Position numbers and translations under genes: made by a program. Positions 13,269 to 21,222 of a stretch of DNA of 32,000 nucleotides are shown piece after piece (position 1 is the first letter of the stretch; each line of letters starts with the position of its first letter). A model generated the notes under the pieces. The model searched no databases. It saw only the letters and a program-made list of their open reading frames with translations, and was not told the DNA's origin. The DNA is from Methanopyrus kandleri AV19 (GTDB lineage Archaea > JAADCQ01 > Methanopyri > Methanopyrales > Methanopyraceae): contig NC_003551.1 in assembly GCF_000007185.1 (NCBI RefSeq), positions 90,001 through 122,000 on the forward strand, given 5' to 3'.

Positions 13269-14672
13269 TTGAGGGTCGTTATGAAGTTCGGCGGTACCTC
13301 GGTAGGTACCGGAGAGTCCATTAGGAAAGTTGCGAAAATCGTCACAGACGCGGCGGAGGAGCACGAGGTGATCGTGGTAGTTTCAGCGATGTCTGGGGTC
13401 ACGGACGAGCTGGTACGGGCGGCCGAAAGCGCCCCGGACTGGACGGAGGAGGATGTTAAAAACTTCGTAGGGAAGCTCCGAAGGAGGCACGGAAAAGCCG
13501 CTTCGGAAGCGATTTCGTCCGACCTCATCCGGCGGGAGGTGATGGGTTACGTCGACTCCTTACTCGAGGAACTCGAGAAAGTGCTGTTGGGCCTCAGTTA
13601 CGTCGGTGAGGTGACCCCTCGTTCGATGGACCTCATACTCTCGTTCGGGGAGCGAATGTCCGCACCCATCGTAGCGGGCGCACTACGGGACCGAGGACTC
13701 GAGGCGGAGCATCTCGAGGGAGGAGAGGCTGGAGTGATCACGGACGATGGGTTCGGTGAGGCCGAGCCGATACTGCCCGCTTGCCGGCGGAAGGCGCAGA
13801 AGACGCTGATTCCCATGATCGAATCCGGAAAGATCCCCGTGATCACGGGCTTCATCGGGCGGACTATCGACGGCGAGGTGACGACGCTGGGGCGCGGAGG
13901 ATCCGACTACTCCGCCGCCATCATCGGGTGCATCTCGGAGGCGGACGAGGTGCAGATATGGACCGACGTCGACGGTGTGATGACGGCGAACCCGAACCTC
14001 GTACCTGATGCCCGAACGGTCCCGAGGCTCTCGTACGAGGAGGCCATGGAACTGGCCAGCTTCGGCGCGGAGGTACTCCATCCTAAGACCGTCATTCCGG
14101 CAAGGTCGGAAAACATCCCGATTCGGGTTAAGAACACCTTCAACCCCGAGAGCGAGGGTACGCTGATCACTTCCGAATCGGAGCCTTCCGAGCAGGTGGT
14201 GAAGGCGGTCGCGTCGTCCTCGGACGTCGGTATGATCGACATCCGAGGCACCACGATGATTGGGCGTCCCGGAGTGGCAGGACGAATATTCTCGAGACTC
14301 GGGGACGAGGGAATCAACGTCATAATGATATCCCAGTCGGCCTCGGAGTCGAACATCTCGATAGTCGTGAGCCGCCCGGAGGTTCGCCGCGCCGCTCGTA
14401 TCATCGAGCGTGAGTTCGTCGGCGAGCGAGTGGTCGAGAGGGTCACGACGTACGAGGACGTAGCCGTGGTGGCGGTGGTAGGGGAGGGCATGCGAGGGAC
14501 TCCCGGAGTCGCTTCCAGGGTGTTCAGAGCGGTCGCGGACGCCGGGGTAAACATCAAAACCATCTCGCAAGGGGCGTCTGAGGTGAACATATCGTTCGTA
14601 GTAGCGGAGGAGGACGAGGCGGCGGCGGTTAACGCGGTTCACAGCGAATTCGAACTCGGTGAGGAGGCATGA
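13269..14672 (+). CDS. lysC: Aspartate kinase with two C-terminal ACT domains
   Basis: VMKFGGTSVG, VVVSAMSGVTDEL, GRGGSDYSAAI and EVQIWTDVDGVMTANP, plus two ACT-like repeats. The start is either TTG 13269 or ATG 13281. Confidence 0.9.
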   Translation: MRVVMKFGGTSVGTGESIRKVAKIVTDAAEEHEVIVVVSAMSGVTDELVRAAESAPDWTEEDVKNFVGKLRRRHGKAASEAISSDLIRREVMGYVDSLLEELEKVLLGLSYVGEVTPRSMDLILSFGERMSAPIVAGALRDRGLEAEHLEGGEAGVITDDGFGEAEPILPACRRKAQKTLIPMIESGKIPVITGFIGRTIDGEVTTLGRGGSDYSAAIIGCISEADEVQIWTDVDGVMTANPNLVPDARTVPRLSYEEAMELASFGAEVLHPKTVIPARSENIPIRVKNTFNPESEGTLITSESEPSEQVVKAVASSSDVGMIDIRGTTMIGRPGVAGRIFSRLGDEGINVIMISQSASESNISIVVSRPEVRRAARIIEREFVGERVVERVTTYEDVAVVAVVGEGMRGTPGVASRVFRAVADAGVNIKTISQGASEVNISFVVAEEDEAAAVNAVHSEFELGEEA

Positions 14673-15400
14673 TCAGACGGCTGGTCGAGCGGTATCTCAG
14701 GCACGTCACCAAAAAGCGGCTGACACGCAGACCCACCACGGCGCTGATCTACACGTGCCTCCTCGGGATGAAAGCCATAGCTCGAGCGTTTTCCGAGGAA
14801 ACCATCTCGTCTATTTCCCCCGAACCCCTCTGGACCGTGGAATCCGTATCCCTGGTACGGATTGGGACCTATCCGGGAGACGTCCTCTGTTCCGAGCTGG
14901 TCTCATTCCTCACTCGCGAGTTCGAAGAGGAAGAAAGAGTCGAAGACGTGCTACCGGAGGTGGAAGTCGAAGCGGAGTTTCTGGCCCGGGTGAGACGTTT
15001 CAACGACCTCCTGTACGAAGACATCGAGCTCCCGTTCGAGATCGAAGGTACCGGCGAAGAGGAACCCGATCTCGACCTGCGTCTGATCGAGGTCCTCCTA
15101 GCGCTCGACGAAATCCCGCAATCCGAGCAGGGACGGTACGCAAAGCCGTTCATACTCACCTGTTTCGAAACGCTCTCAGACTACCTCGATGTGCTGGGAC
15201 TACGATGGTCGGACGTCGACACCGTGCGCCGTAAGGTAAGGATCAAAGGACGCGTCCATCGTATTTCACGGGCACTCGCCTACGAGCTCCGAAGGATTCC
15301 ACGCGAAGGTGAGGAGGTGTTTCCGATAAGCTCCGTGGACGTGATGCGATGGGAACGGGCCGTATCGAAGGAGGTGGGGCGGAGGCTCAGGTTCCTGTGA
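14669..15400 (+). CDS. Tyrosine-recombinase (XerC/D/integrase)-like protein, truncated and lacking catalytic residues
   Basis: N-terminal SAM-like segment LVERYLRHVTKKRLTRRPTTALIY. ETLSDYLDVLGLRWSDVDTVRRKVRIKGRVHRIS aligns with the box I region aTGlRvsElvgLkvsDvD...GKGxKxR. The ORF ends ~50 aa later, before HxxR and Tyr. The ATG overlaps the lysC stop (ATGA). Confidence 0.5.
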   Translation: MIRRLVERYLRHVTKKRLTRRPTTALIYTCLLGMKAIARAFSEETISSISPEPLWTVESVSLVRIGTYPGDVLCSELVSFLTREFEEEERVEDVLPEVEVEAEFLARVRRFNDLLYEDIELPFEIEGTGEEEPDLDLRLIEVLLALDEIPQSEQGRYAKPFILTCFETLSDYLDVLGLRWSDVDTVRRKVRIKGRVHRISRALAYELRRIPREGEEVFPISSVDVMRWERAVSKEVGRRLRFL

Positions 15401-17522
15401 GTCGTCGAGCGCTCTCAAGGATTTTCCGGGCAAGTTGTTCTCCTATCCCTCTCACCCTCGTCAGCTCCGGGACAGTGGCTTCGGCCAGATCCCGGACGGA
15501 GTGATAACCCGCCCGGTATAATCTCATCGCCAACGTCCTCCCGACGCCTTCCACCTCGGTCAGTTCGAGGGCTTCCTTCGGAACCCCGTATTCCAGCCTA
15601 CGGCTTAGAAGCGGAGAACGCCACGTGATCCCCGCGGCGCGGGCCAACCTGGACATACCCCAAGCGATCCACGCGGCGTCGTCCTTGGCCCTATATAGGT
15701 CGCCCGGGTATAGGTCGTATTTCCGTAGGATACTCCTGTCCGGGGACCCCGAAACCCAATCGCTCAACGCTTCCGCCCAGGCCAACCTGCGCTCGAGTTC
15801 CCAGTCATCATAGCCGAACTCTTCGACGGCCAGTTCCAGGACCTCGTCCGCCTCTATCGAGGGCGACCCTCCCATGAACGCGTCCAGCGTGCTCAGCTCG
15901 CGTGATTTCGAGGAGATAGGGGCCGGTTGGAAGTCTGGGCAGAGCGTGATGGACGGCAACACCACGTTCTCCTCGGTACCCACCTCCTCCATGCATCGTA
16001 GGAGGAACTTGGCGGAGTCAGGCGTCAGGTAGCTTTGCGATACGGCGTGACCCACCTTCGTCGCCGTGAGTTCCCCCTCCAGCTCCTCCAAGAACCCCCA
16101 ATCTACCAGCATCTTCAGCGAGGATAACACCGCGTCCTCCGGGCGGATGTTCACCGAGGACATGAACGTGTTAAGCGCTACCCGCATGACGTCCGCGATC
16201 TGACGGCAGAATCCCGCTGCCACAAGACCCAGGAGGAAACGCCGCAACTGGGGCCCGCTCACCCAGATCCTACTTTGGACGGGGTCCGCCTCGGAGTGCA
16301 CGTACTCCTCAGCCAACTCCTTCCAGTTTGAGGTAGTGAGAACGAACACGAGACCCATATCGTCGTAGCCCGGCCTACCCGCCCTACCCGCCATCTGCTT
16401 GAACTCGTTCTTCGTGGGCTTGATCTCGTTTCCCAACCGCATCCCGAAGTCCTTGATGATCACGTACCTAGCCGGCAGGTTCACACCCGCCGCGAGCGTC
16501 GGCGTCGATACCACAACCTTCAGGAGGCCTTCCCGGAACGCGTCCTCCACTAGAGCGCGCTGCTCGGCGGTGAGCCCCGCGTGATGGAAAGCGACTCCAC
16601 GCATCACGGCGTAAGCCAAGATCTCGGTCTCTTCACCCTCCCCCAGCTCACTGACGCGCTCCGCGAGTGTCCGAAGTTCCTTCTTCTCGTCCTCCGACAG
16701 CAGTCCGGACACCGTCCGAGATAGGTTCTTGGCTTCCGTCATCGCGCGCCTCCTGGAGTACAGGAACACTAACGCTTGCCCACCTTCACGGAGGCACTTT
16801 CGGATCAGCTTCCGGACCTTAGCGTCTTTCTCCGACGCGGAGGGGACTTCCACGATCCTATGCTCGAGTTTGACGGGTCTCCAGTCGCTGATCACGGGAG
16901 TGGCGTCGAGCCAGTCCGCCAGCTCCTCGGCGTTACCCACCGTGGCGGATAGAGCGAGCAGCGAAACCTTTTCCCGGAAGGTTCTGACGAGGGCTATCAG
17001 TGCCTCGTACGTGGCGCCTCGGTTCCGATCCCCGACTATATGCACCTCGTCCAAGACCAGCAAGTCCACCTCTTCCACTAAGCTCGGTCGTGAGCGCAGG
17101 CTGGCGTCGAGTTTCTCCGCCGTTGTCACCGTGATTCCGGGCCGCAACTCTCGGATGGGGCGTCTGACGTCGCCCGTTGAGATCTCAATAGTGGGTTCTA
17201 GCCCCTTTTCCCGGCAGAACTCGATGACGTTCGTGAGTTCCTCGTATTTCTCCCTCGCCAGAGCCCGGAAGGGCACGACGTAGACTACTCTGGTCTCCCC
17301 ATGGGATTCGATGAGCTCGTGTAATGCGCGCATCTCCGCGAGGAGCGTCTTACCGCTGGCCGTTGGGGCGGCGATCAAGAGGTTCTCATCGTCGAACAGA
17401 CCCTTCTCGACGGCCTCGCGCTGAGGGGGGAAGAGCTCCCAGATCCCCTTACGATCGAGGTACTCCCGCACGTGCTCAGGTAGTTTCAACTTCGAACACC
17501 CTCGTCGGACCGGCGCGTACAT
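15387..17522 (-). CDS. hel308: Ski2-like ATP-dependent DNA helicase Hel308 (Hjm)
   Basis: Walker A AAPTASGKT, DEVH box, SATVGN, QMAGRAGRPG, and C-terminal helix-hairpin-helix VEGVGRTLAMRLYRAGY...VRGIGEQLARKI. Confidence 0.9.
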   Translation of the reverse strand: MYAPVRRGCSKLKLPEHVREYLDRKGIWELFPPQREAVEKGLFDDENLLIAAPTASGKTLLAEMRALHELIESHGETRVVYVVPFRALAREKYEELTNVIEFCREKGLEPTIEISTGDVRRPIRELRPGITVTTAEKLDASLRSRPSLVEEVDLLVLDEVHIVGDRNRGATYEALIALVRTFREKVSLLALSATVGNAEELADWLDATPVISDWRPVKLEHRIVEVPSASEKDAKVRKLIRKCLREGGQALVFLYSRRRAMTEAKNLSRTVSGLLSEDEKKELRTLAERVSELGEGEETEILAYAVMRGVAFHHAGLTAEQRALVEDAFREGLLKVVVSTPTLAAGVNLPARYVIIKDFGMRLGNEIKPTKNEFKQMAGRAGRPGYDDMGLVFVLTTSNWKELAEEYVHSEADPVQSRIWVSGPQLRRFLLGLVAAGFCRQIADVMRVALNTFMSSVNIRPEDAVLSSLKMLVDWGFLEELEGELTATKVGHAVSQSYLTPDSAKFLLRCMEEVGTEENVVLPSITLCPDFQPAPISSKSRELSTLDAFMGGSPSIEADEVLELAVEEFGYDDWELERRLAWAEALSDWVSGSPDRSILRKYDLYPGDLYRAKDDAAWIAWGMSRLARAAGITWRSPLLSRRLEYGVPKEALELTEVEGVGRTLAMRLYRAGYHSVRDLAEATVPELTRVRGIGEQLARKILESARRLTGT

Positions 17523-17560
17523 TAGGGCGGTCGGCGGCTCACGTCGGGGGCCCTCGACCG

Positions 17561-18058
17561 TTGAGGAGGCTGAAGATCGAGGGGCGAGCTTACATCCATC
17601 CCACCGCCACGGTCCTCGGCGAAGTCGAGTTGGGCCAGGACGCCAGTCTGTGGCCGGGCGCCGTAGTGCGCGGTGACTTGGAGCCCGTGAGGATCGGCCG
17701 TGAATCCAATATCCAGGACAACGCGGTGGTCCACGTCTCTAAAGGGTATCCGGTCGAGATCGGCGACAGGGTCAGCGTGGGTCACGGAGCGGTCGTCCAC
17801 GGTGCGACGATCGAGGAGGATTGCCTCATCGGGATGAACGCCACGGTGATGAACGGAGCCGTAATCCGGCGAGGGTCGATCATCGGGGCCGGAGCTGTCG
17901 TGACGGAAGGTACCGAGGTGGGTCCCTACGAGATCTGGGTGGGGGTCCCCGCCAAGCGGATCGGAACGACCGACGAGGAACGCGTCGACGAGATCCGCGA
18001 GAACGCCAGACGCTACCTGAAACTAGCCCGTGAGGAGCTTCCCGAGTGGCGGGGATAA
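17561..18058 (+). CDS. Gamma-class carbonic anhydrase-like / hexapeptide-repeat (LbH) protein
   Basis: AYIHPTATVLGEVELGQDASLWPGAVVRGD...IGRESNIQDNAVVHV...IGDRVSVGHGAVVHGATI shows the left-handed beta-helix repeats with conserved His residues. The tracked ORF start at 17324 overlaps hel308 and was trimmed to in-frame TTG 17561. Confidence 0.8.
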   Translation: MRRLKIEGRAYIHPTATVLGEVELGQDASLWPGAVVRGDLEPVRIGRESNIQDNAVVHVSKGYPVEIGDRVSVGHGAVVHGATIEEDCLIGMNATVMNGAVIRRGSIIGAGAVVTEGTEVGPYEIWVGVPAKRIGTTDEERVDEIRENARRYLKLAREELPEWRG

Positions 18059-18065
18059 CTACCGC

Positions 18066-19073
18066 CTAGCGCCTGATCGCGAGGAACGCGGCACCGACCG
18101 CCGGCGCGACCTCGGAACCTTTCCCGAAGATCTCGTCGAACGGTTCCACCTCGACGCCGATCCTCTTGCAGGCCATCTCGATCAGGAAATCGCCCGCGCC
18201 GGCTGCCACCACTGTGTCCAGCCCGTGCTCTTGAAGCTTGAGCTCGATGTGCTTCAGTAGCTGTCCGAGCAGCGCCCGAACCGCGGTCTTCGCTAGATCC
18301 ATCACACCCTCCCAACCGAGTTCCTCCGGATCCGAGCACACCGTTCGGGCGAGCCTGCGGGCGCACTCCTCTGGGGATTTTCCGCGACCGTCCGGTGTCT
18401 CCGGAGTGTAATCCTCCGGGTCGATTTCACCGAGCAATAGCAACGCGTCCGCCACGATTGAGAAGTATTCGTACGAGACCGGTACCGGCTCACCGTCGAT
18501 CTCAACTTCTCGGAGCAGAAAAGATATTGGCGTTCTCAGCGCCCCCAAGTACGCCAATTCTCCGTTCTTCATCCTTTCCAAATCGGTACGTCCCTCGGCC
18601 GCGACCTCACCGCGGATGATGGGAATCAGATCCAGCGTGGTAGACCCCAGATCCACCAGGAGGTAGGAACCCGGTCGGACGTGAGCTAAGACCTCGGCCG
18701 TCGCCCTCCAGTTGGCCGACGCGACCTCACGCCAACGTCTGAGGGCCTCTTCCGGGGGCACCGTCGAACCATCGGAGGTCACCACGTAGACCGGGGCGTG
18801 ACACGCCGAGGTGACGGTGCGGACGATGTACTCGACTCCTTCCCGTCTCGTGTTGAAGGCATCAGCTAACTCGCCCGTCATGGTTAAACCGACGACATCC
18901 GGCTTGAACTTGTGAACAATCCTCTTGATAGTTTTCTTTAGCCGTTTTTTCTTCTTCCACATCGGAAGATATACCCTATCAGTCCCTAATACCATCACCT
19001 TACCATCCTCATCATAACGAACTAGAGCAGCGTCGGTGTGTGCTCCGCCCACATCCAACCCCAATGCTTTCAC
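18066..19073 (-). CDS. Hydantoinase/oxoprolinase-like ASKHA-fold protein (H4MPT-linked C1-transfer pathway family)
   Basis: LGLDVGGAHTDAAL and LVDLGSTTLDL are actin-like ATPase phosphate motifs. Trimmed to GTG 19073, which lies 4 nt after the upstream TAA and is preceded by GGGGG. Confidence 0.65.
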   Translation of the reverse strand: MKALGLDVGGAHTDAALVRYDEDGKVMVLGTDRVYLPMWKKKKRLKKTIKRIVHKFKPDVVGLTMTGELADAFNTRREGVEYIVRTVTSACHAPVYVVTSDGSTVPPEEALRRWREVASANWRATAEVLAHVRPGSYLLVDLGSTTLDLIPIIRGEVAAEGRTDLERMKNGELAYLGALRTPISFLLREVEIDGEPVPVSYEYFSIVADALLLLGEIDPEDYTPETPDGRGKSPEECARRLARTVCSDPEELGWEGVMDLAKTAVRALLGQLLKHIELKLQEHGLDTVVAAGAGDFLIEMACKRIGVEVEPFDEIFGKGSEVAPAVGAAFLAIRR

Positions 19074-19077
19074 GACG

Positions 19078-20001
19078 TTACCCCCGATACACTCGCAACC
19101 CATGGAAGTCCTCAACGACCTCGAACTTCTCGGGCACCAATGCCTCAGCCCCACGCTTCACGTATACGTACTCACGACGGTACCGCAGCACCTTCCCGGT
19201 CGGTCCCTCGAGAAGCGATCGAACTACCGCCTCGGGATGTTCCAAGGCCGCAGCGACTGTGGGTGTGGTCGGACGTGGGTTCACTTCGATCAGGTACGGC
19301 TCCCCACCTTTCATCACGAGGTCCACACCGAACAGGCCTACGAGTCCGGGGATGCGTTCGACCACTTCCTCCGCAATATCCCTCGCGATACGGGTTAACT
19401 CTCGGTGGTCCGAAGGTGTCCTCCCGCCCAGGTATACCAGCTCCCTACCGGCGAAAGCCACGAACTGGTCGTTGATCCCTAATACGTCGACGGTCTCTCC
19501 GTCCGATACGCACAACAAGCTGTGATGGGAGCCCGGAATTAGTTCCCGGGAGAGTTCACCTCGCCCTATTCGCACACCCTCCGAACCCGCGCCGTCCGCG
19601 GGCTTAGATACCATCACATCGGCCTCCCGTGTCGGAAGTTGAAAGGATCGGGCGTCTCTGAGAGCATCCTCCGTCTTGCGCTTGTCGGCTGCCACTCTGA
19701 TGGCCCTAGGGGTAGGCCCTATCACCTCGGTCTCACGAGAGTACTCCCGGACCTTACTCTCCAGCAGGCCGTCGGATTCGGGGGCTATCACCAGCGTCAG
19801 ATCGGCACACTCTAACGCCTGTGTCTCGTCTCGGAGGACCTCATCCGCCCAGCGCACACCGACGGAGGGGTGGGCGACGGTCAGTGTTTCATAACCTGAT
19901 TTCGCGAACGCCCTTAGAAGCGACTCGAGCATGGCCCGACCTTCGGCTAGGAACTCCTCATCCCCTGTCGCCACCGCGTACTCGTATATGTACACTCGCA
20001 T
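19078..20001 (-). CDS. ATP-grasp superfamily enzyme (uncharacterised methanogen family)
   Basis: VMVSKPADGAGSEGVRIG and GLFGVDLVMKGGEPYLIEVNPRPTTP are ATP-grasp signature blocks. It is tightly coupled to the downstream hydantoinase-like gene. Confidence 0.65.
   Translation of the reverse strand: MRVYIYEYAVATGDEEFLAEGRAMLESLLRAFAKSGYETLTVAHPSVGVRWADEVLRDETQALECADLTLVIAPESDGLLESKVREYSRETEVIGPTPRAIRVAADKRKTEDALRDARSFQLPTREADVMVSKPADGAGSEGVRIGRGELSRELIPGSHHSLLCVSDGETVDVLGINDQFVAFAGRELVYLGGRTPSDHRELTRIARDIAEEVVERIPGLVGLFGVDLVMKGGEPYLIEVNPRPTTPTVAAALEHPEAVVRSLLEGPTGKVLRYRREYVYVKRGAEALVPEKFEVVEDFHGLRVYRG
19984..19990 (+). promoter_or_regulatory. TATA-like element (gtatatg) for ycaO, embedded in the first codons of the divergent ATP-grasp gene
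   Basis: It lies ~40 nt upstream of the ycaO ATG 20027. It is one of only two AT-rich hexamers around a 25-nt divergent spacer. Confidence 0.3.
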
Positions 20002-20026
20002 TGCAGCACCACCCGGGGACCTCCGA

Positions 20027-21160
20027 ATGACGGATATAGTGTACGATGTGGAAGGGTTCCGAGCTTTTCTCCCGAAAGAAACACTTCGATGGATCCGACA
20101 CAGGGAGCTCGAGCGTAAGGTAGGTGTAGTGGAGAAATTTTCGGACCGGGTCGGACCTATCCCGGTGGAGATTCGCCGCAGAAGGTCCCAATATGGCGAG
20201 TTCTATCACGCCGGAAAGGGGACTACTCGGATCCAAGCCCGCGTCTCCGCCGCGATGGAGTGCGTGGAACGCGCCGCCGCGGAGCCCCGCGAGGAGATCA
20301 TCGAGCGGGGTCCGGAAGGTGACAAGTGGACACCGGCATGGTATCGGACGGAACCTAGGGAGTGGGTCGAGGGCGTGGATTTGACGACCCGCGAACCCGT
20401 CTACGTACCGGCGAACGAGGTGTTCCATCCCTGGTTAGGTGACGCTCTGCCCAGTCATACCAACGGACTTTCGGCCGGCCGTCTCCGGGAAGAGGCCGTG
20501 ATTCAAGGACTGCTAGAGGTCGTAGAGAGGGACTCATGGAGCATCGTCGAATACTTCAGGATCCACCCACCCGAATTGGAAGTACACGGTGAGTTGGAGG
20601 AACTCCGCCGATCGTTAGAGCGGGAGGTCGGTCGAGTAGAGCTCAGGCTGCTGCCCTCCCGAGTCGAAGGCGTTTACGTGGTAGGAGCCGTCACCGAGGC
20701 CGAGCGCGTCGAGGAGATGGTGATGGGATTCGGCGCGAGTCCCGACCCGGAGATGGCCGTCCTCCGAGCCTTGCTGGAGGTCGCCCAAGGGCTCTCGATG
20801 GCCCGTCGTGGCATCGAAAGCCCCGTGAGAAAGGGGCTCGGTGAGTTTTCGGCCCCGGGGAAGCTGACCCCGGAACGTCTCAAGAGATTGAACCGACACT
20901 GGTTCGAGCCCGAAGGGACCGTAGAGATAGATGACTTGGACCGTGTCATTACGACCGGTTCGTTGGAGAAGTTGACAGAAGAACTCGTGGAGAGAGTCGC
21001 GGAGGCTGGCCTCGGTAAGGTGATCGAGGTGGACTTAACGCTGGAAAACTTGGACGTTCCCGTGGTGAGGGTGCGAGTGACCGGCGCCTCGGAGTACGTG
21101 ATAGACGAAGCGAGGGTGGGAAATATGCCGGAGAAGCCGCCCGGAGTGCCTATGGGATGA
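20027..21160 (+). CDS. ycaO: YcaO-family protein (methanogenesis marker protein 1; McrA thioglycine-forming enzyme family)
   Basis: SHTNGLSAGRLREEAVIQGLLEVVERDSWS, MECVERAAAEP and GFGASPDPEMAVLRALLEVAQ are YcaO ATP-binding/cyclodehydratase blocks. Trimmed to ATG 20027 because the longer ORF overlaps the divergent gene. Confidence 0.85.
   Translation: MTDIVYDVEGFRAFLPKETLRWIRHRELERKVGVVEKFSDRVGPIPVEIRRRRSQYGEFYHAGKGTTRIQARVSAAMECVERAAAEPREEIIERGPEGDKWTPAWYRTEPREWVEGVDLTTREPVYVPANEVFHPWLGDALPSHTNGLSAGRLREEAVIQGLLEVVERDSWSIVEYFRIHPPELEVHGELEELRRSLEREVGRVELRLLPSRVEGVYVVGAVTEAERVEEMVMGFGASPDPEMAVLRALLEVAQGLSMARRGIESPVRKGLGEFSAPGKLTPERLKRLNRHWFEPEGTVEIDDLDRVITTGSLEKLTEELVERVAEAGLGKVIEVDLTLENLDVPVVRVRVTGASEYVIDEARVGNMPEKPPGVPMG
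20034..20039 (-). promoter_or_regulatory. TATA-like element (ctatat on minus strand) for the ATP-grasp/hydantoinase-like operon, embedded in ycaO codons 3-5
   Basis: It lies ~35 nt upstream of the minus-strand ATG 20001. It mirrors the element at 19984-19990. Confidence 0.3.
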
Positions 21161-21222
21161 GGAAAAGAGGCCCGCGGAGCCCCGCGATGACGAGTGTCAC
21201 CCTCGCCGACCTCGAAACGAGC

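Noticed and set aside
13683-14642. 319-aa and 227-aa minus-strand ORFs antisense to aspartate kinase
   Set aside because: The plus-strand frame encodes a full-length aspartate kinase with ACT domains. The antisense products are low-complexity (Arg/Asp/His/Ser-rich).
14659-15234. 191-aa plus-strand ORF in another frame over the integrase-like gene
   Set aside because: The product is Arg/Gly/Pro-rich low-complexity sequence. The 14669 frame has the recombinase-like blocks and an ATGA junction with lysC.
17324-17560. N-terminal extension of the gamma-carbonic-anhydrase-like ORF
   Set aside because: It overlaps the hel308 5' coding region and is Arg/Pro-rich. Homologues begin a few residues before the first hexapeptide repeat, which matches TTG 17561.
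19931-20026. N-terminal extension of the ycaO ORF, and the 19074-19154 extension of the hydantoinase-like ORF
   Set aside because: Both extensions overlap the neighbouring ATP-grasp coding sequence. Internal starts (ATG 20027, GTG 19073) with purine-rich upstream sequences fit the conserved protein cores.
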